Assembly: GCA_044222065.1 (NCBI GenBank)
Contig: JBGAOA010000012.1
Coordinates: 1-64,000 of the forward strand
From: Candidatus Eiseniibacteriota bacterium
GTDB lineage: Bacteria > Eisenbacteria > RBG-16-71-46
DNA: 64,000 bases
Direction of reading: 5' to 3'
Numbering within the stretch: position 1 is the first letter of the stretch; each line of letters opens with the position of its first letter. Positions 9,728 through 20,174 of the stretch are shown piece by piece. A program made the translations under genes and the position numbers. Below the pieces are notes generated by a model. The model ran no database searches. It was not told the DNA's origin and saw only the letters and a list, made by a program, of their open reading frames with translations.

Positions 9728-12700
9728 ATGCTTCGGTTCCCCCGCCGTCGCAGTGCGCTCGCACTGTTTGCCGTACTCCTGCTCCTGCCCGGGTTCTCGG
9801 CCCGGGCCGCCGACCGCTCCGGACGCGCGTTCGCTCCGGTGCAGCGAGGATTCCAGCCCAACGCGCGGGCCGTCGCGGATCACGTTCCGGGCCGTGTCCT
9901 CGTGAAGCTCACGCGCGATGCCGTCGCGAATTCGAAGGTGTCGCCGGAGCTGCGCTACGGCGACCTCGCGACGAAGGCCGAAGTCGGGCTCGCCCGCGTG
10001 GACCGCGTGTTCGCGACGAACGGCGCGCAGAAGCTGAGCCGCTCGTTCATCCAGCCGAAGGACGCCGAAGCCGCCGACGACCTCGGCGTGGACCGCTGGC
10101 TCACCGTGGACTTCGACGCCAAGGTCTCGGCCGCCGCGGTCGCGGAGCAGCTGCGGGCGCTGCCCGACGTCGAGGACGTGACGCTCGACTGGATTGCGTT
10201 CCCCGCGGTCGTGCCCTCGGATCCGCTCTATTCGATCCACTGGGGCCACAACAACACGGCGCAGATGCTCAGCTACAACTGGACGAACTTCAATCACGAG
10301 ACCGGCTCGCCGGTCGGAACGGTCGGGTTCGACACGAACGCGCAGGTCGCGTGGGACGGCTCGCAGGGCTTCGGCTCGAGCAGCGTCATCATCGCGATCA
10401 TCGACAGCGGCGTGGAGGCCGGTCATCCCGACCTGACGCAGGTCGCGGGCTTCGACTTCGGCAACAACGATTCGAATCCCGACGACGACTCCTCGTCGCC
10501 CGGTCACGGCACGGCCTGCGCCGGCGTCGCGGCCGCGAAGGCGAACGCGCTGGGTTCGGTGGGCATCGCGGCGGGCTGCAGCATCATGCCGCTCAAGGTC
10601 GCGAACAGCGCCGGGACGATGACGTTCACCGCGATCCAGAACGCGCTCGTCTGGGCGGCGGATCACGGCGCGAACGTCATCAGCATGAGCCTGGGTGCCG
10701 CGATCTCGAGCGACGCCGCGACGGACGCGGCGATCCTCTACGCCTACAATGCCGGCTGCACGATCCTCGCGGCGACGGGCAACGAGAACGCCAGCACGAT
10801 CAGCTATCCCGCGATCAACGCGAACGTCATCGGCGTCGGCGCGGCCTCGCCGTGCGGCGACCGCAAGCGTTCGAGCAGCAGCGCCTCGGAGCTGAACCCC
10901 GGTGTGAGCGCGGACCCGAACGGGTTCACGTGCGACGGCGAGCGCTGGTGGGGTTCGAACTACGGCGTCACGACCGCGGGCGCGGCCGGCGCCGTGGATG
11001 TGATCGCGCCGACGATCCTGCCGACGACCGACCTGCTCGGCGCGGCGGGCTACGACGCGAGCGACTACTCGAAGTGGTTCAACGGCACCTCGTGCGCGAC
11101 GCCGTACGCCGCGGGCGTGTGTGCGCTCATCAAGTCCAAGAATCCGACGTGGACGCCGGCGCAGATCCGCACGCAGCTGCTCACGACGGCGCAGGACATC
11201 GTCAACGTCGAGTCCGTCGCGGGCTGGGACCGCTACAGCGGTTACGGCATGGTGGACGCCGCGGCGGCGGTCGGCGGCGGCGGCGGCGGCACGGACGCGA
11301 TCACGGTGACGTTCCCGAACGGCGGCGAGTCGCTCGCGGCCGGAGCGTCGGCGACGATCACGTGGACGTGGACCGGCAGCTTCGCGACCGTGAACATCGA
11401 TTACTCGACCGACGGCGGCACGAACTGGACGAACATCGTGACGGGCACGGCGAACGACGGTTCGCACGCCTGGACCGTGCCCTCCAGCGCGACGACGCAG
11501 GGTCGCGTGCGCGTGTCGGGCGGCACCGCGACCGACATGAGCAACGCGAACTTCACGATCACGGTGCCGTCGGGCGGTTATGCGACGCTGCCGTACTCGA
11601 CGAGCTTCGACAGCGGCACGTTCGATTCGTTCTGGACGACCGCCGTCACGGCGAACGGCCGCGTGCGGCTGCTCACGACGAACACGCCGCATTCGGGCGC
11701 TTACCACATGGTGATGGACGACGCGGTGAGCGGCGGCTTCAGCCAGACCGACGCGCGGCTCAAGCTCAACCTGTCGGGCGTCACGCAGGCGAACCTGTCG
11801 TTCTGGTGGAAGGACTTCGGTGACGAGACCCAGACGCAGGACGGCATCTACTTCTCGAACAACGGCGGCACGTCGTTCGTGAAGGTGTACAGCCTCACGC
11901 CCGCGAGCTTCTCGGACAACACGTGGCGCAACGTGGTGCTCGACGTGGACGCGCTCGCGGCCGCGAACGGGCTCGCGCTCACTTCGACGTTCGTGATCCA
12001 GTTCCAGCAGTACGACGACTATCCGATCACGACCGACGGCATGGCGTTCGACGACATCAGCGTCACGGTGCCGACGGGCGGCGGCGGCGGCGGCATCACG
12101 GCCGAGAGCGAACCGAACGACGCTTCGACCACCGCGGACGGACCGGTCGGAACCGGCGTGGGCGTGGCCGGTTCGATCTCGTCGACGACGGACAACGACT
12201 GGTACTACTTCGACGTCACGTCGGCCGGCACGGTGAACGTGTCGCTCGCGATCGGCTCGGCCGCCGACCTCGACTGGTTCGTCTACAACTCGGCGCTCAC
12301 CGAGGTCGCGCGCGGCTTCACGACGGCGAACCCCGAAGCCGGCAGCTACACGGCGACGACCGGGCGGTACTACGTGAAGGTGAACGGCTACAGCGGCGCG
12401 ACGAGCGCGTACACGCTCACGGTCACGGGCGGGCTCGCGAACAACGCACTCCCGGCGGCGGGCGGCTTCGTCGGCCAGCCGCGAGTGACGGCGCTGCTGC
12501 AGAACGCTCCGAACCCGTTCCGCGCCGGCACCGTGATCGGCTTCTCACTCGCGAATCGCGGGCCCGTGAGCCTCGACGTCTACGATGCGAGCGGGCGCCA
12601 CGTCACGAACCTCGCCACGGGCGTGTGGGAGGCGGGCGATCACAAGATCGAGTGGAACGGACGCGACGGACGGGGGGCGAACGCGCCGAAGGGCGTGTAC

Positions 12701-12760
12701 TTCTATCGCCTATCGGCGCCAGGCTTCCGCGACACTCGCAAAATGATCGTGCTGCAGTAG
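9728..12760 (+). CDS. Secreted S8 (subtilisin-like) serine peptidase with accessory beta domains, PPC-like domain and FlgD-Ig/T9SS-like CTD
   Basis: Triad IIDSG / GHGTACAG / FNGTSCATP; ESEPND..DNDWY (PPC-like); QNAPNPF..WNGRD..GVYFYRL tail; GGAGG RBS. Confidence 0.93.
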   Translation: MLRFPRRRSALALFAVLLLLPGFSARAADRSGRAFAPVQRGFQPNARAVADHVPGRVLVKLTRDAVANSKVSPELRYGDLATKAEVGLARVDRVFATNGAQKLSRSFIQPKDAEAADDLGVDRWLTVDFDAKVSAAAVAEQLRALPDVEDVTLDWIAFPAVVPSDPLYSIHWGHNNTAQMLSYNWTNFNHETGSPVGTVGFDTNAQVAWDGSQGFGSSSVIIAIIDSGVEAGHPDLTQVAGFDFGNNDSNPDDDSSSPGHGTACAGVAAAKANALGSVGIAAGCSIMPLKVANSAGTMTFTAIQNALVWAADHGANVISMSLGAAISSDAATDAAILYAYNAGCTILAATGNENASTISYPAINANVIGVGAASPCGDRKRSSSSASELNPGVSADPNGFTCDGERWWGSNYGVTTAGAAGAVDVIAPTILPTTDLLGAAGYDASDYSKWFNGTSCATPYAAGVCALIKSKNPTWTPAQIRTQLLTTAQDIVNVESVAGWDRYSGYGMVDAAAAVGGGGGGTDAITVTFPNGGESLAAGASATITWTWTGSFATVNIDYSTDGGTNWTNIVTGTANDGSHAWTVPSSATTQGRVRVSGGTATDMSNANFTITVPSGGYATLPYSTSFDSGTFDSFWTTAVTANGRVRLLTTNTPHSGAYHMVMDDAVSGGFSQTDARLKLNLSGVTQANLSFWWKDFGDETQTQDGIYFSNNGGTSFVKVYSLTPASFSDNTWRNVVLDVDALAAANGLALTSTFVIQFQQYDDYPITTDGMAFDDISVTVPTGGGGGGITAESEPNDASTTADGPVGTGVGVAGSISSTTDNDWYYFDVTSAGTVNVSLAIGSAADLDWFVYNSALTEVARGFTTANPEAGSYTATTGRYYVKVNGYSGATSAYTLTVTGGLANNALPAAGGFVGQPRVTALLQNAPNPFRAGTVIGFSLANRGPVSLDVYDASGRHVTNLATGVWEAGDHKIEWNGRDGRGANAPKGVYFYRLSAPGFRDTRKMIVLQ

Positions 12761-12784
12761 CGCTGGCGACTCCGATGGGACCAC

Positions 12785-12814
12785 GGCCTCCCTCGCCTTC
12801 GGGCGGGGGAGGCC
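12785..12814 (+). terminator. GC hairpin with UUCG loop after the peptidase gene
   Basis: GGCCTCCCTCGCC-TTCG-GGCGGGGGAGGCC; no U tail. Confidence 0.5.
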
Positions 12815-12970
12815 GAAGTGCGTTCGGAGAAGTACGTTGAATCCGGCAATCGATGACGCTAGAGTCTTGTCTCCCCACGGGTTCCGCAGCTCACCTTCGA
12901 CTTTGCTGCATCGCCGTTTCGGCCCCGCGCGCTCCACGCGTGGGCGCGAAGCGCGTCCCCGGGGAACCCC

Positions 12971-15229
12971 ATGATCCGACTCGAGGTTTGCTTGCGCGCG
13001 GGCGCATTCGCTCGCCGCATCACGTTCATCCTCGCCGCGGCGATCGCCCTGCCGTGCGCCACGCCCTCCGGTGTGCGCGCGCAGGAATTCGTTCCGGGCG
13101 AAGTGCTCGTGAAGTTCCGTCCCGGGCGCTCGGACGTTCTGCGCGCAACGACCCGGTCCTGGCTCGACCGCTCGCAACGGCTGCGCGCGTTCGGCCGGAT
13201 CGGCGCGGAACTCCGGCGCTTCGACGACCGCACGACCGAGTCTGCGCTCGCGCTGCTGCGCGCCGATCCCGCGATCGCCTACGCCGAGCCCAACTGGATC
13301 GTGCGCGCCTGCCTCACGCCCAACGATCCCCAGCTCGTGAACGAGATCGGATTGCGCAACACCGGTCAGGGCGGCGGCATCGTCGGCGCGGACATCGACG
13401 CGATCCTGGCGTGGGACCTGTTCACGGGCGACTCGACGCTGAGGATCGGCGTGATCGACACGGGCGTGGACTACACGCACCCGGACCTCGCCGCGAACAT
13501 CTGGACGAACCCGGGGGAGATCCCGGGCAACGCGATCGACGACGACGGTAACGGATACACGGACGACGTGCACGGCTACGACGTGCTGAACGACGACGGC
13601 GATCCGATGGACGACCACTACCACGGCACGCACGTCGCCGGGACGATCGGAGCGGTGACGAACAACGCGCTCGGCATCGCCGGCGTGAACTGGCGCTGTC
13701 GCATCGTGCCGATCAAGTTCATGAACTCCGCCGGCTACGGCACCGATGCCGACGCCATCGCCGCGATCGAGTACGCGATGGCGCTCGGACTGCGCGTGAC
13801 GAACAACTCGTGGGGCAACATGCCCTACTCGCAGGCAATGCAGGACGCGATCGCCGCCGCTGGCGACACCGGACAACTGCTCGTGTTCGCCGCCGGCAAC
13901 GATCACTTCGACCTCGACCTGTACCCGGTCTATCCGGCGGCCTACGACTCGCCGTACATCCTGTCGGTCGCGGCGACCGAGAACCACGACGCGCGAGCGA
14001 CGTTCTCGAACTACGGCGCGACGACCGTCGACCTCGGAGCGCCGGGGTGGAACACGCTCTCGTGCAAGCCGGGAGGCCTGTACCAGTACCTGTCGGGAAC
14101 TTCGATGGCCGCTCCTCACGTCACCGGTGTCGCGGGCCTCGTGCTCGGGCGGACGCCGAACGTTCCGCCGCTCCGGCTCAAGCAGCTGATCCTCGACAAC
14201 GCCGAGCCCTCCGCCGCGCTCGAGGGCTACGTGCTGACGGGCGCGAGGCTGAACGCCTACCAGACGCTGCTGCACCAGGACCTCGCGGCCCCGGGCCCGG
14301 TGACCGACCTCGGCGCCGGCGACGTCGGCTCCACGGCGGCGGCGCTCCACTGGACCGCGCCGGGAGACGACGGCGCCGCGGGGACCGCCGCACGGTACGA
14401 CCTGCGCGTCGCGAACGCGCCGATCGACGCATCGAACTTCGCCGCGGCGGCTCCGCTCGCGACGCTCGCGCCCCGCGCCGCGGGGACGCTCGAATCGCTC
14501 GAGGTCGCCGGACTTCCCGCCGCGGCCGCGCTCCACTTCGCGGTGCGCGCGTTCGACGACTTCGAGAACGCCGGTCCGGTGTCGAACGACCTCGCGGTGA
14601 CGACGCTCGGTCCGCCGACGCTCGCGCTCGCGCCCGCCGCCGTCTCGGCGCTCGCGCCTCCCGGAGCGCTCGCCGACGTGGATGTGCTCGTCTCGAACGC
14701 CGGGGCCGGACGTCTCGACTTCGGCCTCGATCTCGCCGGCGCTCCCGCGTGGCTCGCCGTGACGCCCGACACGGGACGCGTCGCTTCCGGCGCTTCCACC
14801 GCTCTGCGCGTGCGCCTCGACGCGACCGCGCTCGCGCCGGGCGTGTACTCGGCCTCGTTCGGCGTGCGCAGCAACGACGCCGGCGGCGCGAGCGCGATCC
14901 CGGTGACGCTGACGGTGTCGGAGGCGACCGCGATCGAATCGGGGACGCCCGCGCGCTTCGGGCTGCGCGTCGCCGGCGCCTGGCCCGGGCGTGCGCTCGT
15001 CGATTTCGAACTCGCGCTCGCGGAGGACGGCGAGGCGTCGCTCGCGCTCTACGACGTGCGCGGCCGACTCGTGCGCGCGCTGCGCTCCGGAGCCGCGCCT
15101 GCGGGCCGGGAGCGAATCCGCTGGGACGGCGCCCTGGCGAATGGCGCGCCCGCGCCGAGCGGGATCTATTTCGCCCGCGCGCGCACCGCGGGCGGCGCGT
15201 TCGTCGCGCGCTTCGCGTTCGTGCGCTGA
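12971..15229 (+). CDS. Secreted S8 serine peptidase with FN3-like domain and FlgD-Ig/T9SS-like CTD
   Basis: Triad VIDTG / HGTHVAG / SGTSMAAP; LHWTAPGDDG..YDLR (FN3-like); YDVRGRLVRAL..WDG..SGIYF. Confidence 0.92.
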   Translation: MIRLEVCLRAGAFARRITFILAAAIALPCATPSGVRAQEFVPGEVLVKFRPGRSDVLRATTRSWLDRSQRLRAFGRIGAELRRFDDRTTESALALLRADPAIAYAEPNWIVRACLTPNDPQLVNEIGLRNTGQGGGIVGADIDAILAWDLFTGDSTLRIGVIDTGVDYTHPDLAANIWTNPGEIPGNAIDDDGNGYTDDVHGYDVLNDDGDPMDDHYHGTHVAGTIGAVTNNALGIAGVNWRCRIVPIKFMNSAGYGTDADAIAAIEYAMALGLRVTNNSWGNMPYSQAMQDAIAAAGDTGQLLVFAAGNDHFDLDLYPVYPAAYDSPYILSVAATENHDARATFSNYGATTVDLGAPGWNTLSCKPGGLYQYLSGTSMAAPHVTGVAGLVLGRTPNVPPLRLKQLILDNAEPSAALEGYVLTGARLNAYQTLLHQDLAAPGPVTDLGAGDVGSTAAALHWTAPGDDGAAGTAARYDLRVANAPIDASNFAAAAPLATLAPRAAGTLESLEVAGLPAAAALHFAVRAFDDFENAGPVSNDLAVTTLGPPTLALAPAAVSALAPPGALADVDVLVSNAGAGRLDFGLDLAGAPAWLAVTPDTGRVASGASTALRVRLDATALAPGVYSASFGVRSNDAGGASAIPVTLTVSEATAIESGTPARFGLRVAGAWPGRALVDFELALAEDGEASLALYDVRGRLVRALRSGAAPAGRERIRWDGALANGAPAPSGIYFARARTAGGAFVARFAFVR

Positions 15230-15248
15230 ACGACCTCGCGCCGGAAAT

Positions 15249-15288
15249 GACGCGGGCGTCGCGGGGAGGCCTCGCGACGCCCGCGTTA
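15249..15288. terminator. Long hairpin between convergent genes
   Basis: TGACGCGGGCGTCGCGGGG...CCTCGCGACGCCCGCGTTA inverted repeat. Confidence 0.6.
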
Positions 15289-15296
15289 CGAACGGC

Positions 15297-15938
15297 TCAG
15301 CGCCCTTCGCCCTTCGCGCCTTCCTTGCCGCGCACCGTCGAGAGTCCGCGCAGCGCCGCTTCGCGCGCCGCGTCGATCTGCGCTTCCGGCCCCGACAGGT
15401 AGAGGCGGCCGTACGCGCCAAAGAGCGAGGCGTCGATCAGCTTCACGTGCGCCGCCTTGAGCGCTTCGTTCGCGGCGAACGCGATGTAGCCGGCCGGTTC
15501 GGTCTCGAGGATCAGCAGCGATTCGCCGGCGAGCAGCTGGTCGCCGTAACGCATCTTGTTGATCACCTGCGCGTGGTAGGGCTCGACCGCGCGGATGACC
15601 TGGTCGCTCACGACGCGGGGCTTCACGCGGTCGTGCTCCTCGATGCCGAGATGGGCGAGGACGGCCGCGCCGCCCTGCATCACCTGACCCTTGTCGCGGT
15701 GGTGGATCTCGAGCAGGCCGAACGCGCGCTCGACGACCATGATCGCCGGCGTGCACTGCGTGGCCTTGAGCGCCACGTCGGTGATGCGGTTGATGATGAG
15801 CCCGGGCGCGGTCTCGATGAACATGCAGGCGTCGCCGGCGACGGGCAGGAACCCGCGGGCGGTCGTGCCAATGAACGCGGCGAGCTGCGGCTGGAGCGAG
15901 TCCAGGAACACGTACGTGCGAAGGGTGACGTCGGACAT
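15297..15938 (-). CDS. Bacterial microcompartment tandem-domain shell protein (BMC-T, CcmP/CsoS1D-like)
   Basis: LRTYVFLDSLQPQLAAF, VERAFGLLEIH, ILETEPAGY, AANEALKAA, FGAYGRLYLSG match the permuted BMC-T family as recalled for Haliangium BMC-T and CcmP. Confidence 0.92.
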   Translation of the reverse strand: MSDVTLRTYVFLDSLQPQLAAFIGTTARGFLPVAGDACMFIETAPGLIINRITDVALKATQCTPAIMVVERAFGLLEIHHRDKGQVMQGGAAVLAHLGIEEHDRVKPRVVSDQVIRAVEPYHAQVINKMRYGDQLLAGESLLILETEPAGYIAFAANEALKAAHVKLIDASLFGAYGRLYLSGPEAQIDAAREAALRGLSTVRGKEGAKGEGR

Positions 15939-15998
15939 GGCGCGCACGCTAACCCACCGGCGCGCGGAGCGGCAAACACGCCGCGCGACTCGCGCGTC

Positions 15999-18044
15999 TC
16001 ATCGCGCGACCATCGGGCGTGCGACCGAGGCGGCCACGCTCTCGAGCAGTTCACCGGGCGTGAAGGGCTTCTGCAGGTAGCCGGCGCCGAGTTCGCGGAA
16101 GCGTTCGGGATCGAGCGCGTCGCTCGCGTAGCCCGAGATGAACAGCGCGCGCAGCCGTGGCCGCTCGGCCGCGAGCGCCGCCACGAACTCGCGCCCGCCG
16201 AGCCGGGGCATGAGCAGGTCGCTCACGACGAGATCGATCGGGCCCGCGTGCGCGCGCGCCACCTCGAGGCCCTCGGCTCCGTTCGCGGCCTCGATGACGC
16301 GGAAGCCCGCGTCGCGGAGCGTGCGGACGATCAGCTCGCGCACCGGCGGTTCGTCCTCGACCACGAGCACGGTCGCGTCGCCGCGCGGCGGCGCCGCGGC
16401 CGCGGTCGAGATCGCCACGCCCGGCTCGTGGGCGGCGCGCGGCAGCGCCACGTGCATCGTCGTGCCCGCGCCCGGCGCGGAGTCGATCCACACGTCTCCG
16501 CCGCTCTGGTGCACGATGCCGAAGACGGTCGAGAGCCCGAGCCCCGTTCCGCTGCCGGGCGGCTTCGTCGTGAAGAACGGATCGAACGCGCGCGCCCGGA
16601 CCTCGTCGTCCATGCCGCAGCCCGTGTCCCGGACCCACAGGCGGACGAAGGCCGGGTCGCCGGCGGCGGCGCGTCCCGCCGCGTCCGGCTCCGGACCGAC
16701 GCCGATCGTGAGCGTGCCGCCGTGCGGCATCGCGTCGCGCGCGTTCACCGCCAGGTTCAGCAGCACCTGCTCGAGCTGCCCGCGGTCCGCGCGCACGCGC
16801 GCGTCGGGGTCCGTCGCGCGCGTGACGAGCTGCACGTCTTCGCCGATCAACCGGCGCAGCATCTCGGTGAGCGACGCGACGACGGCCGTGAGGTCGAGAA
16901 CGCGCGGCTCGAGCCGCTGCCGCCGGCTGTAGGCGAGGAGCTGGTGGGTGAGTGCGGCACCGCGACGGGCGGCGAGCACGATCTGGCCGGCGTGCTCGCG
17001 CTCCGAGCTCGCCCTCGGAAGCTGCTCCCGAAGCGTCTCTCCGAAGCCCATGATGACGGTGAGCAGGTTGTTGAAGTCGTGAGCGACGCCGCCCGCGAGC
17101 TTCCCGAGCGCCTCCATCTTCTGCGTCTGCCGCAGCTCGTCCTCGAAGCGCGCCCGCACGCTCGCCATGTCCGAGAGCGCCGCTTCGCGGTCGGCCACCG
17201 CGGCCGCGAGCACGAGCGGCGTCGCCGACACGATCGCGATCACCGCCTGCAGCGCCAGCTCCCGCACCGGCTGCGCGATGCTCGAGGACGCGAACGGCCC
17301 GATGCCGTTCAGCGTGCCGAGGTGCAGCGCGAGCACGAGCCCGGCGCTCGCCGTCACGGCGCCGCGCACGCCGAATCGCAGCGCCGCGTGGAGCGCGACC
17401 GGCAGCGCGAGGTACGAGAGCACCATTCCGGCTCCGTCGTTCCGCGGGTCGAGGCGCAAGAGGAACGCGATGCCCGCGACGACGAGCACGACGATCGCCG
17501 CGATCTCGACGACCGCGCGTGCGCGCGGCCGCGGCGGGCGGTCGCTGGTCCACACGAGCACGAGCGGCGCGACGACGAGGATCCCGAGCGCGTTCATGCG
17601 CCACCATCCGGACAGACCTTCGAGGAATCCCACGTGGTCCGGAACGAAGAGGAACTTGAAGCGTCCGAGTGCGGCGCCGACCGCCGGCGCGACGACGGCC
17701 GTGACGAGCAGCGCGACGACGTCCTTGAGGCGGCGGAGCCGGGTGTCGAACCCGAGGCGGCGGAGCACGACCGCGGCCGTGATCGCTTCGATCGCGTTGC
17801 CCACCGCCCCCGGAACGATGTTGATCGGCGGGTAGCCGATGAGGACGCGGTGGATCACCGTGCCGAGCGCCACGACGGGCCAGTAGCGTGCGCCGAGCCG
17901 CGCGAGTCCGGCGACGGCGATGCCGGTGGGCAGCCACAGCATCGCCTGGCGGAACGGCCCGTGGCCCTGGAGGAGCAGGGTCGAGGCGAGGTAGGCGCCG
18001 AGGAACGCGGCGGCGCGAGCGAGGACTCCGAGCGTTCGATTCAT
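15999..18044 (-). CDS. MASE1-domain hybrid sensor histidine kinase with receiver domain
   Basis: N-terminal multi-TM MASE1 (LWLPTG); H-box AHDFNNLL; NARDAM, DTGCGM, FFTTK, GTGLGL; C-terminal REC (VVEDE, DLLMP, KPF). Confidence 0.93.
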   Translation of the reverse strand: MNRTLGVLARAAAFLGAYLASTLLLQGHGPFRQAMLWLPTGIAVAGLARLGARYWPVVALGTVIHRVLIGYPPINIVPGAVGNAIEAITAAVVLRRLGFDTRLRRLKDVVALLVTAVVAPAVGAALGRFKFLFVPDHVGFLEGLSGWWRMNALGILVVAPLVLVWTSDRPPRPRARAVVEIAAIVVLVVAGIAFLLRLDPRNDGAGMVLSYLALPVALHAALRFGVRGAVTASAGLVLALHLGTLNGIGPFASSSIAQPVRELALQAVIAIVSATPLVLAAAVADREAALSDMASVRARFEDELRQTQKMEALGKLAGGVAHDFNNLLTVIMGFGETLREQLPRASSEREHAGQIVLAARRGAALTHQLLAYSRRQRLEPRVLDLTAVVASLTEMLRRLIGEDVQLVTRATDPDARVRADRGQLEQVLLNLAVNARDAMPHGGTLTIGVGPEPDAAGRAAAGDPAFVRLWVRDTGCGMDDEVRARAFDPFFTTKPPGSGTGLGLSTVFGIVHQSGGDVWIDSAPGAGTTMHVALPRAAHEPGVAISTAAAAPPRGDATVLVVEDEPPVRELIVRTLRDAGFRVIEAANGAEGLEVARAHAGPIDLVVSDLLMPRLGGREFVAALAAERPRLRALFISGYASDALDPERFRELGAGYLQKPFTPGELLESVAASVARPMVAR

Positions 18045-18103
18045 CGGCCGCGGACTCTACACGCGGGTGTGCGGGAACGCAGCCCGGAGCGGTCGCGCGA
18101 AGG

Positions 18104-20035
18104 TCAGCCGAGTTCCGCCAGTCGTTGCCACAGCGATTCGAGCTCGGCGCGCAGCCGCTCGTACTCCGCGACGCTCTCCCGGGAGCGCGCGACGTCGTGA
18201 TAGAGCTCGGGATCGGCGAGCAGTGATTCGAGCTCCTTCGAGCGCGCCTCGCGCGACTCGATGTCGCTCTCGATCCGCGCGACCTCACGCTCGCGCTTCC
18301 TCGCGTCGTTTCGCGCGCGACGGTCGGCGTCGCGATCGCGCGGCGGCGCGGGCGGCGCCGGCGCACGCGCGGACTCCGCGCGCTTCGGGGCGGGCGCCGC
18401 CGTGACGCGCGCCGCGTCCTCCCGCGCGAGCCGCGCAGACTCCCAGTCGTCGTAGCCGCCGGGGTACAGCACGACGCGGCCGTCGCGGACTTCGATCACG
18501 CGCTTCGCGACGCGCGCCATGAGCGAGCGGTCGTGCGTCACGACGATCAGCGCGCCCGGGTACTGCTCGAGCGCGGCCTCGAGGACTTCTTTGCCGGCGA
18601 GGTCCAGGTGGTGCGTCGGCTCGTCGAGCAGCATGAGGTTCGAGGGCTCGAGCAGCATGCGCGCGATCGCGACGCGCTGCCGTTCGCCGCCGCTCAGCAC
18701 GCGGCACCACTTGAACACGTCGTCGCCCGTGAACAGGAAGTTGCCGAGCAGGCTGCGGAGCCGCGGCCGCCACTCCGTGGATGCGACTTCCTCGAGCGAC
18801 TCGAGCGCCGTGTGCGTTCCGTCGAGCGTCTCCGCGGCGTGCTGCGCGAAGTAGCCGAGCCTTGCCTGCGGCGAGGGCTCGCGCGCCCCGCGGCGCGGAG
18901 CGAGCTGGCCGGCCATGACGCGCAGCAGCGTCGTCTTGCCGGCGCCGTTCGCGCCGACGATCGCGACCTTCTCGCCCTGCTCGATCTCGAGGTTCGCGCT
19001 CGCGAACACGTCGGGGCCCGCGTCGTAGCCGAACGTCACGTCCTTGAGCTTCAGCAGCACGCGGCCCGAGTGCGGGGGCGAGGGGAAATGGAACCGGATG
19101 TGCTGCGGCCGGCGCGGAAGGACGACGTGTTCGTCCTTGAGGCGCGCGATCACCTTGCGCTTGCTCTGGGCCTGGGCGGCCTTCGTGTTCTTGGCGCCGA
19201 AGCGGTCCACGAAGCGCTGCAGCTGGGCGATCTTCCGGTCGAGCTGCGCGTTGTGCGCCTCGAGCTGCTCGCGCCGCCGTTCGCGCTCCTCGAGGAACGC
19301 GGTGAAGCTCATCGGGTAGACCTCGAGCCGGCCCTGATCGAGATCGCGGACCTCGGTCGCGACGCGGTCGAGGAACACGCGGTCGTGAGAGACGACGACG
19401 AGACCGCCGTGGAATCCGCGCAGGTAGTCTTCGAGCCACTCCATCGCCGGCAGGTCGAGGTGGTTCGTGGGCTCGTCGAGGAACAGCAGCGTCGGGTCGG
19501 TGAGCAGCAGCGCCGCGAGCGCGGCGCGCATGCGCCAGCCGCCCGAGAAGGACGCGAGCGGACGGTCCTGGTCGGTGGGCGAGAAGCCGAGGCCGCCGAG
19601 CACGGCGCGCGCCTCGGGCTCGAGCGTGTGCTCCTGCCGCAGTTCGAGATGGTGCTGGAGTTCGCCCGCGCGCTCGAGCAGCGGCGCCAGCTCCTCGTCG
19701 TCGGGGGCGATGCCCGAGAGGCGCTCGTGCAGAACGTCGAGTTCGGCGCGCATCGCGGTCAGTTCGCGGAACGCCTCCATCGCGCGTTCGAGCACCGTGC
19801 CGTCGAAGCGCTCCGCCGCCTCCTGCGGCAGGTACCCGAGCCGGGTCCCGCGCGCGATCACGCGCGTCCCGGCCTCCGGCGCGAGTTCGCCGAGGACGAC
19901 CCGGAGCAGCGTCGTCTTGCCGGCGCCGTTCGGGCCCACGAGCGCGACCCGGTCGCCGGGAGCGAGCGTCCAGTCGAGGCCTTCGAACAGCACGCGGGGC
20001 CCGACCGAGTAACGGAGGTCTTGGAGCTGGATCAC
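18104..20035 (-). CDS. ABC-F family ATP-binding protein
   Basis: Two ABC domains (GPNGAGKT / GANGAGKT, SGG, DEPT), no TM segments, C-terminal coiled coil. Confidence 0.95.
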   Translation of the reverse strand: MIQLQDLRYSVGPRVLFEGLDWTLAPGDRVALVGPNGAGKTTLLRVVLGELAPEAGTRVIARGTRLGYLPQEAAERFDGTVLERAMEAFRELTAMRAELDVLHERLSGIAPDDEELAPLLERAGELQHHLELRQEHTLEPEARAVLGGLGFSPTDQDRPLASFSGGWRMRAALAALLLTDPTLLFLDEPTNHLDLPAMEWLEDYLRGFHGGLVVVSHDRVFLDRVATEVRDLDQGRLEVYPMSFTAFLEERERRREQLEAHNAQLDRKIAQLQRFVDRFGAKNTKAAQAQSKRKVIARLKDEHVVLPRRPQHIRFHFPSPPHSGRVLLKLKDVTFGYDAGPDVFASANLEIEQGEKVAIVGANGAGKTTLLRVMAGQLAPRRGAREPSPQARLGYFAQHAAETLDGTHTALESLEEVASTEWRPRLRSLLGNFLFTGDDVFKWCRVLSGGERQRVAIARMLLEPSNLMLLDEPTHHLDLAGKEVLEAALEQYPGALIVVTHDRSLMARVAKRVIEVRDGRVVLYPGGYDDWESARLAREDAARVTAAPAPKRAESARAPAPPAPPRDRDADRRARNDARKREREVARIESDIESREARSKELESLLADPELYHDVARSRESVAEYERLRAELESLWQRLAELG

Positions 20036-20174
20036 GCGGGGTTTTCCCGGGTCGAACGTGGGTGGAGAGTCATTGACACTACCTCAAGCACGCCAAGATA
20101 ATCGCGACCGCGTCCCCCGCGACGGTGGCGCCTCCGCTTCCCGTTTCGACTTCGCCGAAAGGACGACCGTCGTC

